A stretch of 52,793 nt of DNA. It comes from Paracoccaceae bacterium. GTDB taxonomy: Bacteria; Pseudomonadota; Alphaproteobacteria; Rhodobacterales; Rhodobacteraceae. The notes under the pieces are model-generated. The model did no database searches, was not told where the DNA came from, and was given only the letters and a program-made list of their open reading frames with translations. Where the stretch lies: contig JALQTR010000009.1 of assembly GCA_023260835.1 (NCBI GenBank), positions 1 through 52,793 of the forward strand, given 5' to 3'. The translations under genes were made by a program, and so were the position numbers. Positions 18,798-28,206 of this stretch are shown here, one piece after another. The stretch's first letter is position 1. Each line of letters begins with the position of its first letter.

Positions 18798-18812
18798 ATC
18801 AAGAGGTCGCCC

Positions 18813-20591
18813 ATGCCACGATACATCGCCCCCACCGAAGACATGCAATTCATTCTGCATGATGTGCTGAACGTCAATTCCGCCGATATCCCTGGCTATG
18901 CCGATCTGGACCGCGCCACCACGGGCGCCATTTTGGAAGAGGCAGGCAAGCTGAACAGCGATGTAATCGCGCCGCTAAACCCAGTTGGGGATCGTCAGGG
19001 ATGCCAATATGAAAGCGGCGTGGTGCGCACCCCAGATGGGTTCAAAGCGGCATTCGACCAGGTGCGCGCGGGCGGCTGGACCGGTCTGGATCTGCCAGAA
19101 AAATACGGCGGGCAAGGCATGCCTTATTTGATGGGGACGGCGGTGATTGAAATGTTCAGCGCCGCAAATCAGGCCTTTGCCATGTATCAGGGTCTGACCC
19201 ATGGGGCGGCATCAGCCATTTTGCATCATGGGACTGATCAGCAAAAGGCGACTTTCCTGCCCAAGATGGTGAACTGCCAGTGGACCGGCACAATGAACCT
19301 GACCGAACCGCATTGCGGCACCGATTTGGGAATGATGCGCACCAAGGCAGACCCGCAAGATGACGGCAGCTTCCGCATCACCGGACAAAAGATTTTCATT
19401 TCCGCCGGTGAACACGATCTGGCCGATAACATCATCCATTTGGTGCTGGCAAAAATCCCCGGTGGGCCGGATGGGATTAAAGGCGTGTCACTGTTCATCG
19501 TGCCAAAATTCATTGTGAATAAGGATGGCAGCTTGGGCGCGCGCAATGGTGTGCGCTGCGGCAAAATTGAAGAAAAGATGGGGATCCACGGCAATGCCAC
19601 CTGTGTGATGGATTATGACGGGGCCACCGGATATCTTTTGGGCCAAGAACACAAAGGTATGCGCGCCATGTTCACCATGATGAACGAAGCGCGCTTGGGC
19701 GTGGGCCTGCAAGGGCTGGCGCAGGCCGATGCGGCCTATCAAAACGCGGTGGATTACGCCCGCGACCGTCTGCAAGGCCGCGCCGTGACGGGCGCGCAAA
19801 ACCCCGATGGCCCAGCCGATCCGCTGATTGTGCATCCCGATATTCGCCGCAGCCTGATGGACCAAAAAAGCTTCACCGAAGGCGCGCGCGCCTTTGCGCT
19901 GTGGGGGGCTGAATTGATCGACCGCGCCCAGCGCGCGGGCGACAAAGACGCCGATGCGCTGATCAGCCTGCTGACCCCGGTGATCAAAGGGTTCTTAACC
20001 GATGAAGGCTATGCCATGACAGTGCAGGCGCAACAAATTTACGGCGGGCATGGCTATATCGAGGAATGGGGCATGTCCCAATTCACCCGCGATGCCCGAA
20101 TTGCCATGATTTATGAGGGCGCAAATGGCGTTCAAGCGCTGGATCTGGTCGGGCGCAAACTGGCAGCCGATGGCGGCAAGGCAGCCATGGCGTTTTTCGA
20201 TATGATACGCGGCTTTATCACTACGCATAAGGATATGGATGCCGCCTTTACCCGCGATTTTCTGGACCCGCTGAAAACCGCCAGCAAACAGCTGCAAGAG
20301 GCGATGATGTATTTCATGCAAAGCGCGGGGAAAAATCCCAACGACGCATTGGCCGGATCCTATGATTTCATGCATCTGTTTGGCCACACTGCCATGGGCT
20401 TTATGTGGGCGCGCATGGGGCTGGCCGCGCATAAGGCCCTTGCCGATGATCCTGACGCGGCGTTCATGCAGACAAAACGGATCACAGGCCGCTATTACAT
20501 GCAAAGACGCCTGCCCATTTGCACCAGCCTGCTGGCGCGGATCACATCGGGCAGCGACACAGTTATGGCCCTGCCCGCGGATGCATTCTGA
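18813..20591 (+). CDS. Long-form acyl-CoA dehydrogenase (about 590 aa, extended C-terminal domain)
   Basis: GGQG, LTEPH.GTD, the FIS.G.HD core and YEGANG.QA.DL are typical of the 590-600 aa ACAD class. Confidence 0.9.
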   Translation: MPRYIAPTEDMQFILHDVLNVNSADIPGYADLDRATTGAILEEAGKLNSDVIAPLNPVGDRQGCQYESGVVRTPDGFKAAFDQVRAGGWTGLDLPEKYGGQGMPYLMGTAVIEMFSAANQAFAMYQGLTHGAASAILHHGTDQQKATFLPKMVNCQWTGTMNLTEPHCGTDLGMMRTKADPQDDGSFRITGQKIFISAGEHDLADNIIHLVLAKIPGGPDGIKGVSLFIVPKFIVNKDGSLGARNGVRCGKIEEKMGIHGNATCVMDYDGATGYLLGQEHKGMRAMFTMMNEARLGVGLQGLAQADAAYQNAVDYARDRLQGRAVTGAQNPDGPADPLIVHPDIRRSLMDQKSFTEGARAFALWGAELIDRAQRAGDKDADALISLLTPVIKGFLTDEGYAMTVQAQQIYGGHGYIEEWGMSQFTRDARIAMIYEGANGVQALDLVGRKLAADGGKAAMAFFDMIRGFITTHKDMDAAFTRDFLDPLKTASKQLQEAMMYFMQSAGKNPNDALAGSYDFMHLFGHTAMGFMWARMGLAAHKALADDPDAAFMQTKRITGRYYMQRRLPICTSLLARITSGSDTVMALPADAF

Positions 20592-20660
20592 TCGGCAGGA
20601 ACAACAGCCCCAAAAGCCCCAAACATAAGGGGCAACGGACCAGAAGAAGGAGAGGACACA

Positions 20661-21815
20661 ATGCCATCTGCATGGATGCGTGACGATCACCAAATGCTGG
20701 CGGATATGACCGCCAAATTCCTGCAAGACAATTGGGTGCAGCATATCCCCCGTTGGCGCGCGCAGGGCGAAATGGACAAAAGCACCTGGCGCGAGGCGGG
20801 GGATTTGGGGCTGCTTTGCCCCTCAATCCCCGAAGAATACGGCGGCGCTGGCGGTGATTTCGGGCATGAGGCCGTTGTGCTGATGGAAGCCACCCGCGCC
20901 AATCTGGCCTGCTGGGGCCATGGCATCCATTCGGGCATCGTGGCGCATTACATTCTGGCCTATGGCACCGATGATCAAAAGGCGCGCTGGCTGCCCAAAA
21001 TGGTGTCGGGCGAATTGGTCGGCGCGCTGGCGATGACCGAACCATCAACCGGATCCGATGTTCAGGCGATCAAAACGCGGGCGGTGAAGGATGGCAATTC
21101 CTACCGCCTGTCGGGGCAAAAAACATTTATCACCAATGGCCAGCACGCCGATCTGATCATTGTGGCGTGCAAAACGGATACCTCGCAAGGGTCCAAAGGC
21201 GTGTCCTTGGCTGTGGTGGAAACCGACGGTGCAGATGGGTTCACCCGCGGGCGTAATTTGGAAAAGGTTGGGATGCATGCCTCGGACACGTCCGAGCTGT
21301 TCTTCGACAATGTCGAAATACCCCCCGAAAACATTCTGGGCGGGCAAGAGGGTCAGGGCTTTTACCAGCTGATGAACCAACTTCCGCAGGAACGGCTGAT
21401 CATCGCCTGCGGTGCGGTCGGCGCGATGCAGGGCGCGGTGGAACGCACCATTGCCTATGCGCAGGAACGCCAGGCCTTTGGCGGGCCAATCATGCAATTT
21501 CAAAACACCCGCTTCAAACTGGCCGAATGCCAAACCAAGCTTGAGGTCGCGCGCGCCTTTGTCGACACCTGCATTGCCGAACATCTGGAAGGCAAATTGA
21601 CCGTCGAAAAAGCCGCCATGGCCAAATATTGGACAACCGACACCCAGGGCGAGGTTCTGGACGAATGCGTCCAGCTGCATGGCGGATATGGGTTCATGCA
21701 AGAATATGCCGTGGCCGAAATGTGGACCGATGCCCGTGTGCAGCGGATTTACGGCGGCACGAATGAGATCATGAAAGAGCTTATCGCGCGCAAATTTGCC
21801 GCAGCAAAGGGGTAA
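20661..21815 (+). CDS. Acyl-CoA dehydrogenase (about 380 aa class)
   Basis: [23 protein letters not shown] and [15 protein letters not shown] are canonical ACAD motifs. GAAGGAGAGG RBS. Confidence 0.92.
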   Translation: MPSAWMRDDHQMLADMTAKFLQDNWVQHIPRWRAQGEMDKSTWREAGDLGLLCPSIPEEYGGAGGDFGHEAVVLMEATRANLACWGHGIHSGIVAHYILAYGTDDQKARWLPKMVSGELVGALAMTEPSTGSDVQAIKTRAVKDGNSYRLSGQKTFITNGQHADLIIVACKTDTSQGSKGVSLAVVETDGADGFTRGRNLEKVGMHASDTSELFFDNVEIPPENILGGQEGQGFYQLMNQLPQERLIIACGAVGAMQGAVERTIAYAQERQAFGGPIMQFQNTRFKLAECQTKLEVARAFVDTCIAEHLEGKLTVEKAAMAKYWTTDTQGEVLDECVQLHGGYGFMQEYAVAEMWTDARVQRIYGGTNEIMKELIARKFAAAKG

Positions 21816-21820
21816 CGGAT

Positions 21821-22456
21821 ATGACAATTAAACTCTATTGTTTTGGCGAAAGCGGCAATGCCTATAAGGCCGCGCTGCCTTTGGAATTATCGGGCCTGGC
21901 GTGGGAACCTGTTTATGTGGATTTCTTCGGCGGCGCCTCGCGCACGCCGGAATTTCGGGCGCAAAATGTGATGGGCGAGGCCCCCGTTATGGAAGATGGC
22001 GATCTGCGCCTGACCCAATCGGGGGTGATTCAACAATATATCACCGATAAGACCGGCAAATATGGCGGCAAAACACAGGATGAAACATACCAGATCCTGC
22101 GTTGGGTGCTGTGGGATAACCACAAACTGTCCTCGCAGGCGGGGATGACGCGGTTTTTGATGAACTTCCTACCCGAGGACAAACGCCCAGCCGAAGTGAT
22201 CGGCTTTACCCAAGGGCGCCTGCGCGCGGCCTATGAGACGCTTAACACCCATCTGGATGGGCGCGAATGGATCGTGGGCGACGCCCCAACCATGGCCGAT
22301 TTTTCCTGCTGCGGCTATCTGTATTACCCCGAACCCTTTGGATTCACCCGCGCCGATTGGCCCAATATTGACCGCTGGCTGTCGAATATTCAGGGCCTTG
22401 ATGGTTGGAAACACCCCTATGATCTGATGCCCGGAAACCCATCGGACCGCGCATAA
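21821..22456 (+). CDS. Glutathione S-transferase family protein
   Basis: 211 aa. The N-terminal thioredoxin-like beta-alpha-beta (IKLYCF..SGN.YK) and the E.PV....L.L.QS..I motif are typical of GST N-domains. 5 nt after the ACAD stop and 8 nt before the thiolase. Confidence 0.83.
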   Translation: MTIKLYCFGESGNAYKAALPLELSGLAWEPVYVDFFGGASRTPEFRAQNVMGEAPVMEDGDLRLTQSGVIQQYITDKTGKYGGKTQDETYQILRWVLWDNHKLSSQAGMTRFLMNFLPEDKRPAEVIGFTQGRLRAAYETLNTHLDGREWIVGDAPTMADFSCCGYLYYPEPFGFTRADWPNIDRWLSNIQGLDGWKHPYDLMPGNPSDRA

Positions 22457-22464
22457 GAAAGGAC

Positions 22465-23682
22465 ATGAAGATGCAAGATGTATTCATCTATGACGCAGCG
22501 CGCACCCCGCGCGGCAAGGGCCGCAAAGACGGCAGCCTGCACGAAGTCACCGCCCTGCGCCTGTCGGCGCTGATGCTGGACGCGATGGCGGATCGTAACA
22601 ATCTGGACGGTCACGCGGTCGAGGATGTGATCTGGGGCAATGTCACACAGGTGGGTGAACAAGGCGCCTGCCTTGCGCGTTCGGCCGTGCTGGCATCGCG
22701 TCTGGATGAACGCATCCCAGGGCTAGCGATCAACCGCTTTTGCGCGTCAGGGCTTGAGGCCGTGAACCTTGCCGCCAACCAAATCGCCGGCGGCGCAGGC
22801 CGCGCCTATATCGCCGGCGGTGTGGAATGCATGAGCCGCGTCCCCATGGGCAGCGATGGCGGTGCCATTGCGGTGGATCCCTCATTGGCGATTGAACAAT
22901 ATTTCGTTCCCCAAGGGATCGGTGCCGATATCATCGCCACCAAATACGGCTTCACCCGCGATGACGCCGATGCACTGGCCGTCACATCGCAGGCACGCGC
23001 ACAAGCCGCGTGGCAGGCGGGTAAATTTTCCCGCGCCATTGTGCCGGTGTTGGACGTCAATGGCCTGACCATTTTGGACCACGACGAATACATGCGCCCC
23101 GGCACCGATATGCAGGCATTGGGCGCACTAAAGCCCAGCTTCAAAGACCAGGGCGAGGTTATGCCGGGGTTTGATGCGGTTGCCCTGCAACGCTATCCCG
23201 AATTGGAGCGGATCAATCATATCCACCACGCCGGCAACAGCAGCGGCATTGTTGATGGCGCCGCCGCGGTTCTGCTGGGTAATGCCGAATTTGGCCGCGC
23301 CCATGGCCTGCGCCCCCGCGGCCGCATTCGCGCCACAGCCAAAATTGGCACCGACCCCACGATCATGTTGACCGGCCCTGTGCCAGTGACACAGAAAATT
23401 TTGGCCGAAACCGGAATGCAGATCAGCGATATTGACCTCTTTGAGGTGAACGAGGCCTTTGCCTCGGTTGTGCTGCTGTTTGAACAGGCCTTTGGCGTGG
23501 ATCACGCACAGGTCAACATCAACGGCGGATCGATTGCGATGGGCCACCCGCTGGGGGCCACAGGCGCAATGATCCTGGGCACGCTGCTGGATAATCTAGA
23601 GCAAGAGGACAAATCCACCGGTCTGGCCACGCTGTGCATTGGATCAGGCATGGGTGTCGCCACAATTATTGAACGGGTCTAA
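22465..23682 (+). CDS. fadA: Acetyl-CoA C-acyltransferase (3-ketoacyl-CoA thiolase)
   Basis: RTPRGKG, the NRFCASG active-site Cys, [19 protein letters not shown] and the CIG.GMG motif. Confidence 0.92.
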   Translation: MKMQDVFIYDAARTPRGKGRKDGSLHEVTALRLSALMLDAMADRNNLDGHAVEDVIWGNVTQVGEQGACLARSAVLASRLDERIPGLAINRFCASGLEAVNLAANQIAGGAGRAYIAGGVECMSRVPMGSDGGAIAVDPSLAIEQYFVPQGIGADIIATKYGFTRDDADALAVTSQARAQAAWQAGKFSRAIVPVLDVNGLTILDHDEYMRPGTDMQALGALKPSFKDQGEVMPGFDAVALQRYPELERINHIHHAGNSSGIVDGAAAVLLGNAEFGRAHGLRPRGRIRATAKIGTDPTIMLTGPVPVTQKILAETGMQISDIDLFEVNEAFASVVLLFEQAFGVDHAQVNINGGSIAMGHPLGATGAMILGTLLDNLEQEDKSTGLATLCIGSGMGVATIIERV

Positions 23683-23714
23683 TCCCCGATGAACCCCAAA
23701 ACTGGGAGGAATAA

Positions 23715-25907
23715 ATGACTGATTTCACGATGACAAAAGACGGCGGCATCGCCACCATCATCTGGGACGTGCCTGGTAAATCGATGAATGTGATGTCTTT
23801 TGCAGCCTTGGATCTGCTGGACAGCCTGATCGACGATGCGCTGGCAGATTCGGCTGTGCGCGGCATTATCATCACATCCGCCAAAACCGATTTCGCCGCA
23901 GGCATGGATCTGAACGTTCTGGCCGGCCTGAAAGAGGCCGCGGGCGATGACAACCCCGCCGGCCCCGTCTTTGACGGCATCATGCGCGTCCATCAGGTGC
24001 TGCGCAAAATTGAACGCGCGGGGATGGATCCCAAAACCCTGTCGGGGGGCAAGCCGATTGCCGCGGTCCTGCCCGGCACAGCCCTGGGCATCGGGTACGA
24101 GCTGGCGCTGGCCTGCCACCGCATTTTCGCAGCCGATAACCCAAAGGCCAAAATCGGCCTGCCCGAAATTCTGGTCGGGCTGTTCCCCGGCGCAGGCGGC
24201 ACCACACGTTTGGTGCGCAAATTTGGCGCTATGGCCGCCGCGCCCTACCTGCTGGAAGGGAAAACCTTGGCTCCGGCCAAAGCCAAATCTGCCGGACTGA
24301 TTGACGCGGTAGAGGCCGACCCAATGGCCGCCGCCCGCGCATGGATCGACAGCGCGACAGATGCGGATCTGGTGAAACCTTGGGACGCAAAGGGCTATAA
24401 AATGCCCGGCGGCGCGCCCTATCACCCTGCGGGGTTCATGACCTTCATCGGCGCCTCTGCCATGGTGGGCGGGAAAACCAAAGGCGCCTACCCCGCGCCC
24501 AAAGCGATGCTGAGCGCGATTTACGAGGGCGCGCAGGTTCCCTTTGACACCGCCCTGAAGATCGAGGCGCGTTGGTTCACCAATATCATGCTGAACCCGT
24601 CATCGGGGGCAATGATCCGGTCGCTGTTCATCAACAAAGGCGCGCTGGAAAAGGGCGCGGTGCGCCCAGCCGATATCCCCGATCAACGCGTGCGCAAATT
24701 GGGTGTTCTGGGGGCAGGCATGATGGGGGCCGGCATCGCGCTTGTTTCCGCCCAGGCGGGGATCGAGGTTGTTCTGATCGACCAAAGCGATGATGCCGCC
24801 GCCAAGGGCAAGGCCTACAGCGCCGCCTATATGGACAAGGGCATCAAACGCGGCAAGGCCACGGAAGACAAGAAAGCCGCCCTGCTGGATCGCATCACCG
24901 CCACCGCTGATCTGACCGCGCTGCAAGGCTGTGATCTGATCATCGAAGCGGTCTTCGAGGACCCCAAAGTGAAGGCCGAAATGACCCAAAAGGTCGAGGC
25001 AATCATCCCCGAGGATTGCATTTTTGCATCAAACACTTCCACCCTACCGATCAGCGAATTGGCCAAAGCCAGCACCCGCGCGGATCAATTCATCGGGATC
25101 CATTTCTTTTCCCCCGTCGAACGCATGGCATTGGTCGAGATCATCAAGGGCCGCCAAACCGGCGACCGCGCCGTGGCCAAGGCGTTGGATTACGTGCGGC
25201 AAATCCGTAAAACGCCGATTGTTGTGAATGATGCGCGCTTCTTCTACGCCAATCGCTGCATCATCCCATACATCAACGAAGGCATCCGTTTGGTGGCTGA
25301 AGGGGTTGCGCCTGCGCTGATTGATCACGCGGCGCAGATGCTGGGCTTTCCTGTTGGGCCGCTGCAATTGGTGGATGAAACCTCGATCGAGCTGGGGGCG
25401 AAAATCGCCCGCGCCACCAAAGCCGCGATGGGCGATGCGTATCCAGACGCGGCGGTCGATGCGGTTCTGTTTGAAATGGAAGGCCAAGGCCGTCTGGGCC
25501 GCAAGGCAAAGGCCGGGTTTTTCGATTATGATGAAACCGGCAAACGTCAGGGCTATTGGGCCGGCTTGGCGGATCATTACCCGCTGATCAACCCGCAACC
25601 TGACCTGCTGGAGGTCCAGCACCGCCTGATGTTCGTTCAAGTGCTAGAGGCCGTACGCGCCCTAGAAGAGGGCGTGTTGGAAGACATCCGCGAAGGCGAT
25701 GTGGGCGCCATTTTGGGCTGGGGCTTTGCCCCATGGTCCGGCGGCCCATTCAGCTGGCTGGATATTTTGGGCACGCCTTATGCGGCCGAACGCTGCGACC
25801 AGCTGGCCGCTGCACATGGCCCGCGGTTCACCTGCCCTGCCCTGCTGCGGGAGATGGCCGATAAAGGCCATAGTTTCTACAAACGGTTTGGCCAAGCCGC
25901 CGCATGA
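23715..25907 (+). CDS. Multifunctional enoyl-CoA hydratase / 3-hydroxyacyl-CoA dehydrogenase (FadB/FadJ-like)
   Basis: 730 aa with an N-terminal crotonase fold (FAAGMDL, GLPE...GL.PG.GGT.R), a central GVLGAGMMGAGIA Rossmann motif and the HFFSPV motif. Confidence 0.92.
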   Translation: MTDFTMTKDGGIATIIWDVPGKSMNVMSFAALDLLDSLIDDALADSAVRGIIITSAKTDFAAGMDLNVLAGLKEAAGDDNPAGPVFDGIMRVHQVLRKIERAGMDPKTLSGGKPIAAVLPGTALGIGYELALACHRIFAADNPKAKIGLPEILVGLFPGAGGTTRLVRKFGAMAAAPYLLEGKTLAPAKAKSAGLIDAVEADPMAAARAWIDSATDADLVKPWDAKGYKMPGGAPYHPAGFMTFIGASAMVGGKTKGAYPAPKAMLSAIYEGAQVPFDTALKIEARWFTNIMLNPSSGAMIRSLFINKGALEKGAVRPADIPDQRVRKLGVLGAGMMGAGIALVSAQAGIEVVLIDQSDDAAAKGKAYSAAYMDKGIKRGKATEDKKAALLDRITATADLTALQGCDLIIEAVFEDPKVKAEMTQKVEAIIPEDCIFASNTSTLPISELAKASTRADQFIGIHFFSPVERMALVEIIKGRQTGDRAVAKALDYVRQIRKTPIVVNDARFFYANRCIIPYINEGIRLVAEGVAPALIDHAAQMLGFPVGPLQLVDETSIELGAKIARATKAAMGDAYPDAAVDAVLFEMEGQGRLGRKAKAGFFDYDETGKRQGYWAGLADHYPLINPQPDLLEVQHRLMFVQVLEAVRALEEGVLEDIREGDVGAILGWGFAPWSGGPFSWLDILGTPYAAERCDQLAAAHGPRFTCPALLREMADKGHSFYKRFGQAAA

Positions 25908-25914
25908 TACGAAG

Positions 25915-25942
25915 ATTTCATATGGCTGGCGCCATATGAAAT
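25915..25942. repeat. Perfect 12-bp-stem hairpin ATTTCATATGGC-tggc-GCCATATGAAAT
   Basis: Read directly from the sequence. It starts 8 nt after the fadB-like stop and lies upstream of the canonical terminator. Confidence 0.6.
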
Positions 25943-25960
25943 GTTATCACGGGATCATAC

Positions 25961-25994
25961 AAAAAGCCCGGGCTGTTTCGCCCGGGCTTTTTTT
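25961..25994. terminator. Bidirectional rho-independent terminator between the convergent fadB-like gene and lpd
   Basis: AAAAA-GCCCGGGC-tgtttc-GCCCGGGC-TTTTTTT. The A-tract and T-tract allow termination in both directions. Confidence 0.78.
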
Positions 25995-26016
25995 GCGTAC
26001 TGCCATAGATGTTAAA

Positions 26017-27411
26017 TCACATATGCAGCGCACGCCCATAGGCGTCCAGCATGGATTCATGCATCATCTCGCTCAGCGTCGGGTGCGGGAAGACCGTATG
26101 CATCAGATCCTCTTCGGTGGTTTCCAGCTGCCGCCCGACAACATACCCTTGGATCATTTCGGTGACCTCGGCGCCCACCATATGCGCGCCCAGCAATTCG
26201 CCGGTTTTGGCATCGAAAATGGTTTTCACCATCCCCTCGGCCTCGCCCAAGGCGATGGCTTTGCCGTTGCCGATGAACGGAAAGCGCCCCACCTTGATGT
26301 CATAGCCTGCATCGCGCGCGCGGGCCTCGGTCAGGCCGACGCTGGCGATTTGCGGCTGGCAATAGGTGCAGCCAGCGATAGACCCCGGTTTGATCGGATG
26401 CACATGCTGCCCGGCAATATGTTCAGCGACCAGCACCCCTTCATGGCTGGCCTTATGTGCCAACCATGGCGCGCCGGCGATATCACCAATGGCATAAAGA
26501 CCATCAACGCCAGTGCGGCAGTATTCATCGGTCACAACATGGGTGCGATCAATCTGAACGCCCAACGCCTCAAGCCCCAGATCCTCGATATTGCCGACAA
26601 TGCCCACGGCGCTGATCACCGTGTCAAATTCCTGCGCCGTGACTTTGCCGTTTTGTTCAATATGCGCCGTCACTTTGCCCTTGCCGCGGTCCAAAGATTT
26701 CACCCCTGCCTTGGCCAGAATTTTCATCCCCTGCTTTTCAAATGATTTGCGGGCAAAGGTCGAAATTTCCGCATCTTCCACGGGCAGGATTTGATCCATG
26801 ACCTCGACCACCGTGGTGTCAGCCCCCAGCGTGTTATAGAAGCTGGCAAATTCGATGCCGATGGCGCCCGATCCGATCACCAACAGCTTTTTGGGCATCC
26901 GTTTCGGCGTCAGCGCGTGCTTATAGGTCCAAACCAGATCGCCATCGGCCTCAAGCCCCGGTAATTCGCGCGCCCGCGCCCCGGTGGCCAGCACAATCGC
27001 CGGTGCGGTTAGGGTTTGGGTGCCCTTATCCGTTGCCACCTCGACCACGCCTTTGGCGGGCAGATGCGCCTGACCCATCACCACTGTGATTTTATTTTTC
27101 TTCATCAAGTGGGAAATGCCTTGGCTTAACTGTTTGGCCACCGCACGCGATCGCGCCACCAAAGCGTCCAGATCATACCCAATGTCCCCTGCCTTCAGCC
27201 CAAATTCCTTGGCGCGGTGCATCAAATGAAACACCTCGGCCGAGCGCAGCATCGCCTTGGTTGGGATACAACCCCAATTCAGGCAAATCCCCCCCATATG
27301 TTCGCGTTCCACGATGGCCACGTTTTTACCCAGCTGCGCGGCCCGAATGGCGGCGACATAACCGCCCGGACCGGCCCCAACCACAATCACATCAAACTTA
27401 GAATCGGCCAT
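26017..27411 (-). CDS. lpdA: Dihydrolipoyl dehydrogenase (E3)
   Basis: VVGAGPGGYVAAIRAAQLG, the redox disulfide GGICLNWGCIPTK, a second GSGAIG.E Rossmann motif and C-terminal HPT.SE. Confidence 0.95.
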   Translation of the reverse strand: MADSKFDVIVVGAGPGGYVAAIRAAQLGKNVAIVEREHMGGICLNWGCIPTKAMLRSAEVFHLMHRAKEFGLKAGDIGYDLDALVARSRAVAKQLSQGISHLMKKNKITVVMGQAHLPAKGVVEVATDKGTQTLTAPAIVLATGARARELPGLEADGDLVWTYKHALTPKRMPKKLLVIGSGAIGIEFASFYNTLGADTTVVEVMDQILPVEDAEISTFARKSFEKQGMKILAKAGVKSLDRGKGKVTAHIEQNGKVTAQEFDTVISAVGIVGNIEDLGLEALGVQIDRTHVVTDEYCRTGVDGLYAIGDIAGAPWLAHKASHEGVLVAEHIAGQHVHPIKPGSIAGCTYCQPQIASVGLTEARARDAGYDIKVGRFPFIGNGKAIALGEAEGMVKTIFDAKTGELLGAHMVGAEVTEMIQGYVVGRQLETTEEDLMHTVFPHPTLSEMMHESMLDAYGRALHM

Positions 27412-27430
27412 GTCACACCTTTTGCTTTCA

Positions 27431-27458
27431 AAAATTAGTTTACCATTAAACTAATTTT
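27431..27458. promoter_or_regulatory. Perfect 28-bp palindrome (12-bp A/T-only arms, ccat centre) in the lpd promoter / 5' region
   Basis: AAAATTAGTTTA-ccat-TAAACTAATTTT, 20-47 nt upstream of the lpd ATG. The only room for an lpd promoter is the roughly 75 nt between the upstream terminator and the ATG. Confidence 0.5.
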
Positions 27459-27480
27459 AAAAACCACGCAAGAAAAAGGG

Positions 27481-27513
27481 CAAAAAGAAACCCCGCAGGG
27501 CAACCGCGGGGTT
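27481..27513 (-). terminator. Probable rho-independent terminator of the DUF924 gene
   Basis: Minus strand reads AACCCCGC-loop-GCGGGGTT followed by TCTTTTTGCCCTTTTT, 9 nt after the stop. Confidence 0.55.
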
Positions 27514-27521
27514 GGCGATGA

Positions 27522-28100
27522 TCAGGCGCTGGCGCTGAGCGATCCAAGAATCTTTTGATATCCGCCTTGGGCGACAAAATCTGCCTCTTGCGAGGATGAA
27601 CTGCGCGACAGCGCCGAATTGCGATAGGGAAAGCGCCCAAATTCACGGATGACTTCGCGATGCACCCGCGCGTGCAGCAGGTTCTGCGCCCCGGTCTGCG
27701 GCATCCGTTCTTTCATCAGGCGCACACAGCGTTCCTGATCCGTCAGGCTTTCAGAATGCATCAGCGGCAGATAGAAAAATTGCCGCGCGGGTTCATCAAT
27801 CTTCATGTCCCAGCCGGCATGGATGGCGGCTTTGGCCACCGCAAGCGCCATGTGATCAGTGGCAAAAGCGGCGGCCTGACCGCGGTAGATATTGCGCGGG
27901 AATTGATCGGTTAGAATGATATAGGCCAGCGCGCCGCTGGGATAGGTCAGCCAAAACCCGCATTTTCCATCTTTGGCCGCCTGAAGCGTGGGCAGAAATT
28001 CATCCCGAATTTGCGCATCCAGCGCATCGGTGGCGTTGTACCAATCGGCGGGGGACAGATCATCCAACCAAAACTTCAAAACTCGATCTGGCGACAGCAT
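27522..28100 (-). CDS. DUF924 family protein
   Basis: 192 aa. FW...LSP.DW, DQFPRN.YRG and HSE...Q are typical of DUF924. GAGGGAGG RBS. Confidence 0.78.
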   Translation of the reverse strand: MLSPDRVLKFWLDDLSPADWYNATDALDAQIRDEFLPTLQAAKDGKCGFWLTYPSGALAYIILTDQFPRNIYRGQAAAFATDHMALAVAKAAIHAGWDMKIDEPARQFFYLPLMHSESLTDQERCVRLMKERMPQTGAQNLLHARVHREVIREFGRFPYRNSALSRSSSSQEADFVAQGGYQKILGSLSASA

Positions 28101-28206
28101 CTTTGGCCTCCCTCATATCACCTTTAGGGTAGCTTAAGAAATTCTGTGCAAATGAGAAGTCACATTTTACGACATTTGTAACATTTTTATGTCGCGCGAT
28201 GCGGGA

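Noticed and set aside
25699-26745. 348-aa ORF spanning the fadB 3' end, the terminators and antisense lpd
   Set aside because: It crosses two hairpin terminators and runs antisense to a canonical lpd. The composition looks like an artefact and there is no RBS or family motif.
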